A DNA stretch of 64,000 nt from Octopus sinensis (taxonomy: Eukaryota): assembly GCF_006345805.1 (NCBI RefSeq), contig NC_042998.1, positions 91,636,001 through 91,700,000 on the forward strand, written 5' to 3'. The translations under genes were made by a program, and so were the position numbers. Below, one piece after another: positions 25,944-38,303 of the stretch. The notes under the pieces are model-generated. The model did no database searches, was not told the origin of the DNA, and saw only the letters and a list, made by a program, of their open reading frames with translations. Numbering within the stretch: position 1 is the stretch's first letter; each line of letters opens with the position of its first letter.

Positions 25944-26202
25944 TGGAAATGGGTGAGACCATTAGAAGATACGGAAGTAAAAGAACGAGAATGTGCAACA
26001 TTCGAATGTGAACTATTTGTTGCTGATGTAATTGTGGCTTGGAAAGTACATGGAGAAGAAATTGAGGCTAGTCCCAAATATAACTTCAAAGCTAATGGAA
26101 AAGTTCATACTTTGATTATTACCAAATGCCGTCCAAAAGATGAAGGTGCTGTGTCTTGCTCATATGGCAGTATTACGACTGAAGCCAAATTGTCCGTAGA
26201 AC
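25944..26202 (+). CDS. Exon 28: distal Ig 1
   Basis: ttcag|TGG...GAAC|gtaag; WKWVRPLEDTEVKERECATFECEL... Confidence 0.9.
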
Positions 26203-26640
26203 GTAAGTAGAGATATTTAAATTACTTATCTTTCTCAATTCAAGTTGACTTAATATATAATAATATTTTAGATATTTACATGAGATTTTGAAATATATAT
26301 TTTTCAGTTGTATTCATTTTTTTATAGCCAGCTACTCTGCTGTAAAAATATGTCTTATCCAAAGAATTGGGTCATTCACTGTAATATAGTTTGAACTAAA
26401 CTGTAATTTGACTTTGAACACACATACACACACACATGCGCATGCACATACACACACACATGCACATACACACACATACATTTGTATGATGTGAGTTTGG
26501 GAATCTGTATGTGCATTTGTATGTCTGTGCTTGTGTGCATGTATGGGTATACAAACAAAAGAAAAGTGCTCATTATATGTATTTGCTTATTCATAGATTT
26601 GATAAACAAAAATGTTTGTGTGTGTGAGTATATATATATG

Positions 26641-26958
26641 TGCCAGTCCATTGGTTATGACGACGAGGGTTCCAGTTGATCCAATCAACAGAACAGCCTG
26701 CTTGTGAAATTAGCGTGTAAGTGGCTGAGCACTCCACAGACACGTGTACCCTTAATGTAGTTCTTGGAGAGATTCAGCATGAAATAGAGTGTGACAAGCC
26801 TGGCCCTTTGAAATACAGGTACAGCAGAAACAGGAAGAAAGAGTGAGAAATTTAGGTATTTTCGCTCAATAAACACTCACAATGCCCGGTCTGGGATTTG
26901 AAACCACAATCCTATGACCATGAGTCCACTGCCCTAACCACTGGGCCATTGCACCTCC
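26641..26958 (-). mobile_element. tRNA-derived SINE-like family D, reverse orientation
   Basis: Minus strand GGAGGTGCAATGGCCCAGTGGTTAGGGC...GGTTTCAAATCCC; shares gtacctgtatttcaaagggcc with the 18863 copy. Confidence 0.75.
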
Positions 26959-26960
26959 AC

Positions 26961-27056
<96 letters not shown>

Positions 27057-27215
27057 CACACACACACACATACACACACACACACACACACATACAGATA
27101 TATACATTCATTATAGAGAAATATTGTATGTTTGATAACAATTTATGCATTTAAATAATCTTAATAAAATTCTTTTAAAACAGTTTTAATTTACACCCTA
27201 ATTCTTCTTTTGCAG

Positions 27216-27482
27216 CTGTTCCTCCTGATTTTGTTGATGTCATCAAAGATTTAACTGTTCCTGAAAAAAGTGAAGCTGTGTTCCAATGCAAAACAAATGA
27301 CGATGAAGCTGAAGTTGAATGGTTCTTAGATGGTAAACCTATATCTAAGAACACTAGGTATAAAACTGAGTGGAATCGTTTCACTCACACCCTTACAATT
27401 AAGAACGTCGTTCCAACTGATGAGTGTGAAGTAACTGCAAAATTGCTTGAAAAAGAATGCCGAGCTAAGTTAACAGTTACAG
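27216..27482 (+). CDS. Exon 29: distal Ig 2 (267 nt, phase 1-1)
   Basis: ttgcag|CT...ACAG|gtaag; VPPDFVDVIKDLTVPEKSEAVFQC... Confidence 0.9.
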
Positions 27483-28499
27483 GTAAGAAATATAATTTCA
27501 TGTTTCTTTCAATAAACATTTCAATAGTATGTCATATAAAACTTATTTTCAGACTGCAAGTTTGAGCAAGAATGACAAAATACAATTTTATAGAAATCAT
27601 TTAGATTTTTATTTGGTTACAATCAAATCTTTCAATGCATATAAAATGTATTGTGAAAAAAAAAATAATTTAGTTTATCAGGCATTTGTTTTAATACAGT
27701 TCACTTTAAGACAGAAATGTATTAGAAATAGCTTTATGAAACTTGCTTCATTTACACAACACAATGAGGTAGGCTGAAAAACAGTTTATTTTATATTGTG
27801 TAATAATGTTGTTGATACAGGTGAGTAATATATATTTTATGCGATCTCCTTTACAATACTAACCTACTTTCATCAAATGCAACATTCATCCGTGCTTTTA
27901 ATTAAACCATTACTTGCAATGGTTTACTGATATGCAAGAATGAATGTTGCATAGCCACTTTTAACATCATCAATTTATTATTTACTAATTATTTTACTAA
28001 TATCAATATTCAAAAGCCATCAACATCAAAGTTTAAGGTTATTCAACCTCAGGACCAATCAGGTGTCAGCTGGAAAGACTGTCAGGGAACCGAGGGTTAT
28101 CATTACATTTTCATATTCAAAGTCCACTGGAAGGAAATTTTAATAAGTGTTTCATTTCTATGTTATTTATATTCATGATTATATATTTATGTTTAGAAAT
28201 GAATATACTTATTGTAAATATCATTTATATTATTATTTCATATTTTTTATTCCTTCCTGTGGCAAAAAATGAAATGGATTCAGTATATTGGTTTCATTAG
28301 AAACATTGTTTCAGTCAGATTGTTGAAAAATTTTTATAGTAAATTTTTACTATAAAAATTATGAAAAAAAAAAATTTCAAATCAACTTAAAATATTTTCA
28401 TGCCCAAAATATTGAATCCAATTCATTTTCTATATGTACCCTCTTTTAAATGTTCTGATAATTCAGCAGTTTATTAACAATAATTTTAAATCTTCCCAG

Positions 28500-28769
28500 C
28501 ATTACCTGCTAAGTTTGTTCAGAAGATTCGAGATAAAAGTGTTAAAGAACTTGGCAGAACAGAGTTTTCATGTGAAGTATCTAGACCTGGAGCTCGTGTC
28601 AAATGGTTTATAGGTGGAAAGGAAATCAGCAGCGATGATGATCGTTATGAAATAGTTGCAAAGGGAGCAATTCATAAATTGATCATAAAAGAAGCAAAGT
28701 TCAGTGATGCTGGTACAATAATGGCATCTGTTGATAATGATAAGACATCTGCTAAATTGAAAGTCGAAG
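28500..28769 (+). CDS. Exon 30: distal Ig 3 (270 nt)
   Basis: tcccag|CA...GAAG|gtgag; LPAKFVQKIRDKSVKELGRTEFSCEVSRPGARVKWF... Confidence 0.9.
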
Positions 28770-28975
28770 GTGAGAAACAAAATATATCTAATTGCATGTT
28801 ATATTTTTGTATACCACTTTATATCTATTCAAAAATATCAAGCTACTATTTTCTTTTGTTCAAATTAGTATGTACTAATTTATGTGTTTATGTTTTTATT
28901 ACCATAAAATGAAGGTGCTTTTATGATTGTCATAAAATACTTGCTTAGATACTTAAGTTTTTTTTAAATAATTTT

Positions 28976-29748
28976 TTTTGCTTGCAATAGCCAGTTCTTT
29001 TTGTCAAACCATCGTATCTCCAGCTGCTTCAGTTGCCAAGATATGAAAATTGTCTAAGTGTAGTGCAATGGTTTAGTATTTTTCAAACATGTAATAAATC
29101 CTACATATGACAGTTTTGCTAATTAGGAAGAAGAAATTTGCACTTTGCTATTGTACTAAATTTGTTAAATAATAATTTACTTCACTTAAATTTAGTGCAT
29201 TTTTTCTTTATAAACCAAAAGTTCTGTTGATTTTTGTTTTCAGTTAGCCAGTTTACTTTACAATAATAGAGAGAAGCAACCATATTTTTCATTTTCTTCT
29301 TTGCATTTAAATTTACATATAATAGTTCAAAATTCCTTTATTGCAAAGGAATATACAGAATTAATTAGATCTTAAATAATTGGAAGAAATCTGTCTTATT
29401 CCATAATTTTTATCATATATGAAACACTATTGATGTTAACATTATTGACAAAAACTATATTATATATTCAAACTACGATGAAAGTATAAAAAGTTTGCTT
29501 TAGAAGTGTTGAGATGTATTGAAAGATACAGATAGCAAAATATGGATATTTTATCCTGTTCCTGCTATTCTTTTAGCATTATTCTGTATTTGAGAATAAA
29601 CTATTTCCTTATTTATCTGTATCTTTATATTATATATATATTATATATTTTGATACATTAACTCAAATATTTCTCAAAAGATGAATGAAATATATAAATT
29701 AATTTATAGTAATGATATAAAATATACTATTGAAAATTTATATGTATG

Positions 29749-29779
<31 letters not shown>

Positions 29780-30310
29780 TATATATGTGTGTGTGTGTGT
29801 GGAGGCACACATATATATATGTGGTTAGGGCAGTGGACTCGCGGTTGTAGGATCGCAGTTTCGATTCCCAGATTGGGCGTTGTGAGTGTTTATTGAGCGA
29901 AAACACCTATAGCTCCATGAGGCTCTGGCAGGGGGTGGTGGTGATCCCTGTTGTACTCTTTCACTGCAACTTTCTCTCACTCTTTCTTCTGTTGGCCTGC
30001 TCACTTAGCCAGCAGGGTGGCGTCATTTGAAGGCTAAATCAATGCGAAGCGCATTGTGACCAGCGATGTGTAGCAACATCTGATAGCCTGGTTGGTCACG
30101 TGATCACGTGATATGTGTATATATATATCGTTGCTATTATGTTAAACTCGTATGTTCAGTGTTTAATTTTGCTTGCAATAGCCAGTTCTTTTTGTCAAAC
30201 CATCGTATCTCCAGCTGCTTCAGTTGCCAAGATATGAAAATTGTCTAAGTGTAGTGCAATGGTTTAGTATTTTTCAAACATGTAATAAATCCTTCATATG
30301 ACAGTTTTGC
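28976..30310 (+). repeat. Direct duplication of about 145 bp (28976-29119 and 30167-30310)
   Basis: ttttgcttgcaatagccagttc...gacagttttgc occurs twice 1191 bp apart; I see one internal substitution. Confidence 0.9.
29801..30110 (+). mobile_element. tRNA-derived SINE-like copy (family D head, different body)
   Basis: gtggttagggcagtggactc...gtttcgattcccag...gtgagtgtttattgagcgaaaa shared with 26641-26958. Confidence 0.7.
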
Positions 30311-30667
30311 AAAACTATTTCTGGCTAAAAATATCATACATGCATGGAATTACAATTTTAAGCACCCAACGAAGTATTATTGTAAGCTGAAGTTGTTACT
30401 AATATAAAAAGAAATGGAATGGTGAAACTATTTTTTCATTTTCTGAGAAAGCAACGTTTTGGACTTATGATACTTTTGTATAATAGCAACGATATAATTT
30501 CATATTCAATACATTCAATTTCAAGCAATTACATTGTCCTTAAATTTAGTTACTATATATGTTATTAAATCAATTTTTATTTTTATTTTGTAATACTATA
30601 ACAGTGATGAAAATGTTTATCTGCATTATTTAATTATTATCTACTGCAAAGCTATTTCTTAAATTAA

Positions 30668-30890
30668 TGGGCCTCACAGTAGTGAGGTGGCTGAGTTCCT
30701 TTCAAGCTTTGGGTCTCATGGAGGCAAAGTGGCTGAGTTCCTTTTGAATGTTGGGCCTTACAGAAGTGGGGTGACTGAGTTCCTTTTGAGTGGGCCTCAT
30801 GAAGGGGAGGTGGCTGAGTTCCTTTTGAGTGTTGGGCCTCATGGAGGTAAAGTGGCCCAGGTCCTTTTGAGTGTTGGGCCTCACGGAGAC
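30668..30890 (+). repeat. Minisatellite, unit of about 39-42 bp, about 5 copies
   Basis: Recurring GTGGCTGAGTTCCTTTTGAGTGTTGGGCCTCATGGAGG; translates as the VAEFLLSVGPHGGK repeats of ORF 30687..31043. Confidence 0.8.
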
Positions 30891-31185
30891 AATGACCAAG
30901 ACCTTTGGCATTATGTCATGCTTGAGAAGACCCATCAAGCCGAGCAAAATCCCAGTCAGGGCAGATACCGGTGTCATGCAAATGGCACCCATGCTTGTGG
31001 CATGTTAAAACATCCATTACACTCTCAGAGTAGTTGGCAGTAGGAAGGGCATCCAACCATATAAAACCATGCTAAATCAGACTGGATCCTGGCACAGCCT
31101 TCCATTGTGCCAGCCCAGTCAAACTGTCCAACTCATGCCAGCCTGGACAACAGACGTTAAATGACATTGATGATGATGATGATGA
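30890..31185 (-). mobile_element. Interspersed repeat family C, reverse orientation
   Basis: gttggcagtaggaagggcatcc...gacgttaaatga...(GAT)n. Confidence 0.7.
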
Positions 31186-31377
31186 TTTTCTTGCTTTTAC
31201 TTCACAATTAATTGTGATGTATAATAAATTAAAATTTACTGAACTGATTTGGCTTATGTATTTGTTAAAATCACTACCGTTTTACTTTTCACTATAGCTC
31301 TTACATGTTCTACAAAAACGTCATTATATAGATATGGGAAGTAAAATTTTAAAGTTAATGATGATGTAAATAACTTC

Positions 31378-31590
31378 ATCATCATCACCATCATCATCAT
31401 CATTTAACGTCCGCTTTCCATGCTTGCATGTGTTGGACGATTTGACTGAGGCCTGGGGAACCAGATGGCTCACCAGGCTCCAATCTGATCTGGCAGAGTT
31501 TCTACAGCTGGATGCCTTTCCTAATGCCAACCACTCTGAGAGTGTAGTGGCTGATTTTACATGACACCAGCACGAGGGCCAGTCAGATGG
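31378..31590 (+). mobile_element. Interspersed repeat family C, inverted relative to the copy about 200 bp upstream
   Basis: (CAT)n-ttaacgtccgctttccatgc...ggatgcctttcctaatgccaaccactc. Confidence 0.75.
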
Positions 31591-32307
31591 TCTGAATAAA
31601 TAAAGAAAGTATAGTAAAACAATTTTTAAATAAACATTTATTTCATTTTGACTATTTTAGCTCATTCAATTTTTCGCAAAACATATTTAGCTATTAAGAT
31701 TTACTTTTCTTTATGAAAACTAGGTATTAAAATAGTTTTGCAAACATCAAAATGAAATTTATAAATATGGCATTTGTTGACACTTTAAAGCTGCAAAAAT
31801 TATATTGCTCTAATATTTTAGCTTAGCTTGAATTATTCTTTTGCATTTTACATGTGCTTTATTTGACATATTACAATCATTAAGGTCTTAACATTTGATG
31901 TGACTTTTCCCTCATACATTTAGTTTGTGTATTGATCAAAGCAAAGAGTATTCAATAGATACAGGAGTAGATATTAAAGTTTTCATCAACCAGGAATCCT
32001 TCATATAGCATTTTAACAAAGAAAGTGTTCTTTAGAAAAAGTATTGTATTAAGTGGTCTTATATTATTGCATTTCTCTGGAATATTAATGAGGGCTTTGT
32101 CTCATTATTATAAATCATCGATTAGAATTTATTTTCGCAATAGTATTTCATTATGATATCCACTTAATACATTTAATATATGTAAATGCTGCATCAAGAT
32201 ATATTTTTCAACTGAACAGAGTTAGCACAACTTCTGATTGTGTAACACAGGGTTTGCTCAGTAATTAAGCATTCACTAAATGTGTTTTAAGTTCTGTACA
32301 TTCTGTG

Positions 32308-32353
<46 letters not shown>

Positions 32354-32393
32354 TAAAAAAATGAAGTTAACGCAGGTGTAATCAAATATTTTT

Positions 32394-32479
32394 ACTTTCA
32401 ACACATGTTTCGAAAATTCCACTGATACTATTCAAAAGAATAAATGGTATAAACAATGCAATCTTCTCCTCAGGAAAGT
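32394..32479 (-). ncRNA. Second type I hammerhead motif, in the opposite arm of the same inverted repeat
   Basis: Minus strand reads ACTTTC-CTGAGGA-GAAGATTGC...GGAATTTTC-GAAAC-ATGT-GTT-GAAAGT; GUU triplet fits the NUH rule. Confidence 0.7.
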
Positions 32480-32577
32480 GAGAAAAACGAAACTCATCAA
32501 TAAGACATTTTAGCAAAAAATGATGGATTTGTACAGCAATAGACAGAAGGCTATTATTGACGAGTTTCGTTTTTTTC

Positions 32578-32663
32578 ACTTTCCTGAGGAGGAGATTGCA
32601 TTGTTTATATCATTTATTCTTTTGAATAGTATCAGTGGAATTTTCGAAACATGTGTCGAAAGT
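32578..32663 (+). ncRNA. Type I hammerhead ribozyme motif (minimal stem III, Penelope/retrozyme style), intronic and on the pre-mRNA strand
   Basis: Stem I ACTTTC (32578-83) pairs with GAAAGT (32658-63); core CTGAGGA at 32584-90; stem II GGAGATT pairs with AATTTTC; GAAAC at 32646-50; palindromic loop ATGT; GTC cleavage triplet at 32655-57. Confidence 0.75.
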
Positions 32664-32852
32664 AAAAATATTTGATTACACCTGCGTTAAATCCATTTTT
32701 TTATTCATATTATTCAAAATATTCAACGTAAACACGAAGTTTCTACCTTTATAAACAAGGAGTTACAACACCTTTACTTGTGAGATTTTTGCTGCCCTGG
32801 TAACTATTTATTTATTCTCCGTGTTAATTGTTAACAAGGTAAAATACACTCA

Positions 32853-32903
<51 letters not shown>

Positions 32904-34710
32904 TGATAAAGCTGAGGTATTTCTGATTTCCTCATACCTGATGATAAATTCAAGTTTAAGGAAACCACTCATAAATTTACCTTAGATTTTTCTGAAATCA
33001 TTTCTTTCTGTTCAGTTATTTTGCAGCATATATCATTTATGATTTTAATATCAATAGTTTATATGACAGAGATAAATCAATGTTCTCTTCGTTCTCCTTA
33101 AAGTATTAAGATATTTGAAAGAACTATTTTCTTTTCTTTGTGTTTTTATCAACACAGTAGCAATAAAAGTAGTATTCAGAAAATTAAATGATTTTAATAT
33201 GTCAATGCTTGATTCATTTCAATGTTTTTAGAGCTTTTTTTTTATCTTTCAAGAATTTTGAATGTTTTTTTTCTTTTAGTATTTGTAAATTGTTATAGTT
33301 TTAATACATACATTGTTGAACTTATTGAAAATCATTCATTAAGTTTGTGCATTTATGTATTGAAAGTTAATGCTAATACTAATCTTTAAGAAAAGCAATT
33401 AAATATTAATAAATTAAAATTCATAATTAAAATGCAAAGTTCAAGGATTAAAAGAGAAGCTTTCAGTCATATTATTTTATCTTAGTGTTAGTTAAATCAA
33501 ACCTGTTGCGACCATTGAAAGTAACTGAACATTAATTTTAAAATCTTAAATACTGTGATCTTAAAATAAGAAAAGAACATATAACCATTACTTAAATCTA
33601 AATTTCATAGTAGAAAAAATTGTTTTAGGAATAGCTAATTGAGAAGAAAAATAATGATACTTGATTTCTTTATTTGGATCTGAATTTTAGATAATATACT
33701 ATCAAAATCTAGATTAGGTTTTTCTTGATTTTATCTTCTATAGAACGAAAAAAATAACACAATAATGTATAAATATTAAATGTATATAAAATATCATTGT
33801 TGTTATACCTTAAGGATAATTAGAATAAGTAGCTAACCAAACCTAGAGACTGTGTGTAATATTTTGTTTAAAAACACTACAAGAGTCCATCCATCTATCC
33901 ATTTTCTCTACCCTCTATTCCTGGAAAGATCAGAGAGCTGCAGTTCCCAGGCACCTCCATAGGGCCCTATCAGAAACACCTATAATCAAACTTTCCTGAT
34001 GGGTTCCCAGGTGTGACCAACTGTGACTATGGATATTATCTAACCATGTCACTCATAGTCTACCCCTGGGTTGAATAATTTCATGAATTATAAAGCATAA
34101 TTCTATTAATTTTAAAAAAGGTTATTTATATTTTATAAACAGGACTATAAGTATGAAAATAAATGTACATTTACATTTTTATCTGCAAGTGTGTGTATAA
34201 GGCTGAATTGTTGGCACACTAGATAGAATACCTTGATATTCATTCTGGCTCTCTATGCTTTGGTTTCAAATCTTACTAAAGTCAATTACATCTTGTCCTT
34301 TTGGAAGTGGTAAATGAAGTACCTGTGCAGTACATGTGTTGGCTCTCTTCACACCCTTCCTCCTTCCAACCATGTGAGCTAAAAATTTGTCATACCTATT
34401 ATTAAAGACTTTCATGAGCTTAGGAGATTTAATAGAATAGAACCTATAATTACATCGAAAGGCAATTAAATAAGAAGAGAAATATTTGTTACATTGATCA
34501 ATATAACGTTTCCCAAAACATTTTTATAATATTCAACTGCTTTTCTTAATTGCTGCTAAATAGTGAGAAATTTATTTAGGGCATTTTTCCATCAGCAAAA
34601 TTGTAATTTATTATTTGATTTATTTAACTAATGCATAAAGCTTTTATCAAATGCACATATCTGAGGATCTGTACCTCTTTTTCAATTACACTAACATCAA
34701 TTTATTCCAG

Positions 34711-34989
34711 ACACACCTTTGGTATTCATTAAAGAATTGAATAATGTGGTTGTCTATGAGAAACAAGAATTGTTTACTCTTGATGTTACAATATCTAAGC
34801 CTCAACCCAAAGTGACATGGTATTTTAAAAATCAACAAATCATGAATGATAAGAGACATGAAATTAAGTGCACGAATAAAGAGAAAACTGCTTTTGAACT
34901 TGTTATATACAATGTTGAACTTTCTGATGAAGGATTATATAGTTGCAAGGCTGGCAAATTATCAACACAAGGAGTTGTTACTGTTAAGG
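34711..34989 (+). CDS. Exon 31: distal Ig 4 (279 nt)
   Basis: ttccag|AC...AAGG|gtaat; TPLVFIKELNNVVVYEKQ...DEGLYSCKAG. Confidence 0.9.
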
Positions 34990-35925
34990 GTAATATTAAA
35001 TGTTTTCCAAGGGTGATGATAAATACCTTAAATATGATGTATACCTTGCACTGATAGCTGATATTGTGAAGCATGCTAATTTTCCTAACTAAATTTCTAA
35101 ATTTCATTTTCCCATCTGTATCATTTTAAATATCATGAATGCATGCTTCTGCAGTACTAATTTTCGGCAGAAAATTCTCAAGCTGAATATCTGGTATCAT
35201 ATTTTCTTTCCAAATTTCATGTATATCTCTACCCTTTGCACAAAATTGTCACAAATATTCAACCTTATCTCTCAAATCCTATAAGTTTACTTACAAAACA
35301 ATTCACAATTGTCCAATATTTTCCATTCCTGTCTTCCCAATTAGTGTGTTTTATTTTAATGAAAGGTGCCATGTGAATCCAATGGCACATTTCCCTGTCA
35401 CCACTTGAGTTTCACTATAAATATTGATGCATGGTCTCCTATCATAATGTATAATGTATAAATATTATTTTTATATCTATTTGCAGTAGTTTAGTTTTGT
35501 TTTATTTGTACATTTTTATAATTAGAAAGAAGTACTCTTTCATTGAAAACATAATAATATTAAATCTTTGAATTTAGAATTAATTTCATGTAATAAACCT
35601 TATAATAGTCATCAGTTAAGTGTCATTAGTTATAAATAAAATCATTAATTTGTTGAATTCCTAAAATAGAGTCTACTATGACATTAATAATGCTAGTCAT
35701 TTATCTAACTATAATTTTTATTATAGCAAATTTCAAAATATATTTAAATATTTTATTTCATTTTCTGTATTTGCACAAGAATAGTAATTTCATTTTCTGA
35801 AAATATATATAAACTGTAATGAGAAAGGTTATAGTGTATATACAATTAAGTTTATGATTTCTTTGAAATATATACAATAAATACATTTCTAAGATTTCTT
35901 TTTGAATTCAAATTCTTTTGTGCAG

Positions 35926-36195
35926 AAGAAGAAGCTGTATTCACCACTGACATGGAGGATAAGACTATCAAAGAAACTGAGTCAGCTGAGTTTACTTGTG
36001 AGTTAAACAAACCTAACAAAAAGGTTCAATGGATGAAGAATAAGAAGACTCTTAAATCAAGTCAGCGTATTACTATATCTACAGACAAGTGCATCCAGAA
36101 ATTAAGTATTAAAGATGCTGTTATGGATGATCAAGACGAATATACATGTGTCTTACCAAATGGAAATGAAGTGTCTGCTAAATTGACAGTAATAG
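35926..36195 (+). CDS. Exon 32: distal Ig 5 (270 nt)
   Basis: gtgcag|AA...ATAG|gtaaa; EEAVFTTDMEDKTIKETESAEFTCEL... Confidence 0.9.
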
Positions 36196-36432
36196 GTAAA
36201 TTTAAATAGCTATGACAAAAATTTAATAATTGAGTAATTTTAAAATTGAAGCACATTTTTTACATTATGTAATTAAATTTTTTGTACCTCAACATTCATT
36301 TTCTTTTGGACATACCAAATAACGATGCCTTAATCTTATTTGTATTTTTTCTTGTAGATGCATTTTAATATTCTTATTTTAAAATAAGCATAATTTTTCT
36401 CTATTCATTAAAAAATATAATTTTTTTTGCAG

Positions 36433-36699
36433 AACTTCCAGCAACATTTAAAACAAATCTGAAGGATGTAACTGTGAAAGAAAAACAAACTGCTACCCTG
36501 AAATGCGAATTAACAAAGGAAATTGCAACTGTTAAATGGTTGAAGAATGGAAAAGAAATCACACCTAGTGATCATTTTGAAATTATCACTGATGGTTTCC
36601 AACAGAAGCTTATAATACATGATGCCACACTAGATGACAAAGCAGAATATACCTGTGTTTGTGGGGATGTTTCAACTAAAGCTACCTTGACTATTGAAG
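36433..36699 (+). CDS. Exon 33: distal Ig 6 (267 nt)
   Basis: ttgcag|AA...GAAG|gtact; LPATFKTNLKDVTVKEKQTATLKCEL... Confidence 0.9.
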
Positions 36700-38036
36700 G
36701 TACTATTAATTGTATTATTTAATGATGATTTTAGAAGTTGAAAATATTAAAAACTATGTGAAAAATTGTTCTACAGATTATATTTAATATATGCAATTTC
36801 ATAAGTGTTAAAATATAACAAAAGCCCTAATATTTAAAACTAGCTCTGTTATTTAAAGGGATTTGTTGTATGGAGTATTTTAACACAAACATGATATAGT
36901 AATAATTTCTCTGAAAGCTAACAGCATTGAGTTAGAAGACAATACAAATAATTTTTATTGCTTATGTTAGGTGAAAGTTGAATAGTTTCCCCTATGAAAT
37001 ATATATATATATATATATATAAAATTTGTATATAAGTTCTTAAAGCAATCATAGTCTTAACATTCATGTAGTTGCATTAATATATTTACTCTGAAGAATA
37101 AAGTCTAGAATAATGTTATTTTAAGGATCTATTCTCATTTTTCAAGTTATCCATTTTGTATATAGAGCTGTGAAAAGAGTTTGAAAATTCTAAATATAAT
37201 TTGCAATATTACTTGTACTGATTTTATAAGAGAAATATGCTGAGAATTTTCCTTTATTCAAAAGATAGGATACATATTATGTATCTTAAAATGTTGATAA
37301 TGGTTTTATAAGGTTATTTTTTAAATATGAGTGGAAAAGATATAAAGCTGATGATTTTCAGAGGTATGACATATAAATTTGGAAGATTGACTGAACATTC
37401 AAGCATTAAACATTATTGAAATAGACAACTTGTGAAGATTATGTTGAATGAGATGACAAATTCTATGCTGTGAGACTAAATTAACAGCTATCCAAGAGAA
37501 GGTGTGAGAAATAATATTGTTGATACATAACAAATAATTAACATGAACAAGCTGAAGAAAAACAACTTGAAAATTTATTAAATCAATTCTAATAGAAGCA
37601 AAATATGAGAAATGATAGTGAATAGATATTGATACTTCTGTTTTTCCTAATTCATGTTTTTGTTACCAAAATCTAAAATCAATTTTACCCAGTAGAAATT
37701 TTCAAAACATTTTCCTCTTTGTCTAACTCATTTCAACTACCTTTAATACACTCCCCTTACCAACTTCTTCCCAAACATCAAACTATGAACCCTTAGCCTC
37801 TGCTCTCTCTAATATTCACTTGTTTTTGTTGAATATTGTCAAAAATAAACATCTGAAATCAATGAGTAGCTCTGGCTAAAACTATCGTTTATTATTCATC
37901 ATGTATAGTAAACCATCAGTAATGATTCTATCATATCTTGTCCTGCAATTAAGACATCTATTTCTGCCTGAAATAATCATTCTCAGTAGTTTCAATGCTT
38001 GCAACTTTTACAATTTGATGCTTTTCTTATTTTTAG

Positions 38037-38303
38037 AACTTCCTGCTGCATTCAAGAAACCGTTGAATGATGTTCATGTGACTGAAAAACAAGAAGCTAT
38101 ATTAGAGTGCCAGGTTACAAAACCAAATGCCACCATTATATGGAAAAAGGATGGCAAAGAGATTAAACCTAGTGACAAAATTAAATTTGTCTCTGATGGT
38201 TCTACTCGCCAAATTATTTTTACTGAAGCTGCTCTAATGGATGAAGCTGATTATTCTTGTTGTATTGGGGATGTGGAGACTACAGCCACTCTCTTTGTAG
38301 ATG
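38037..38303 (+). CDS. Exon 34: distal Ig 7 (267 nt)
   Basis: ttttag|AA...GATG|gtaat; LPAAFKKPLNDVHVTEKQEAILECQV... Confidence 0.9.

Larger units (their letters stand above)
32347..32710. mobile_element. Fold-back element: arms of about 155 bp with a spacer of about 50 bp, probably inverted Penelope-like pLTR remnants
   Basis: The reverse complement of 32554-32710 matches 32347-32503 with only a handful of mostly transition differences. It abuts a (TA)n tract and each arm carries a hammerhead fold. The PLE assignment is inferred. Confidence 0.75.
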
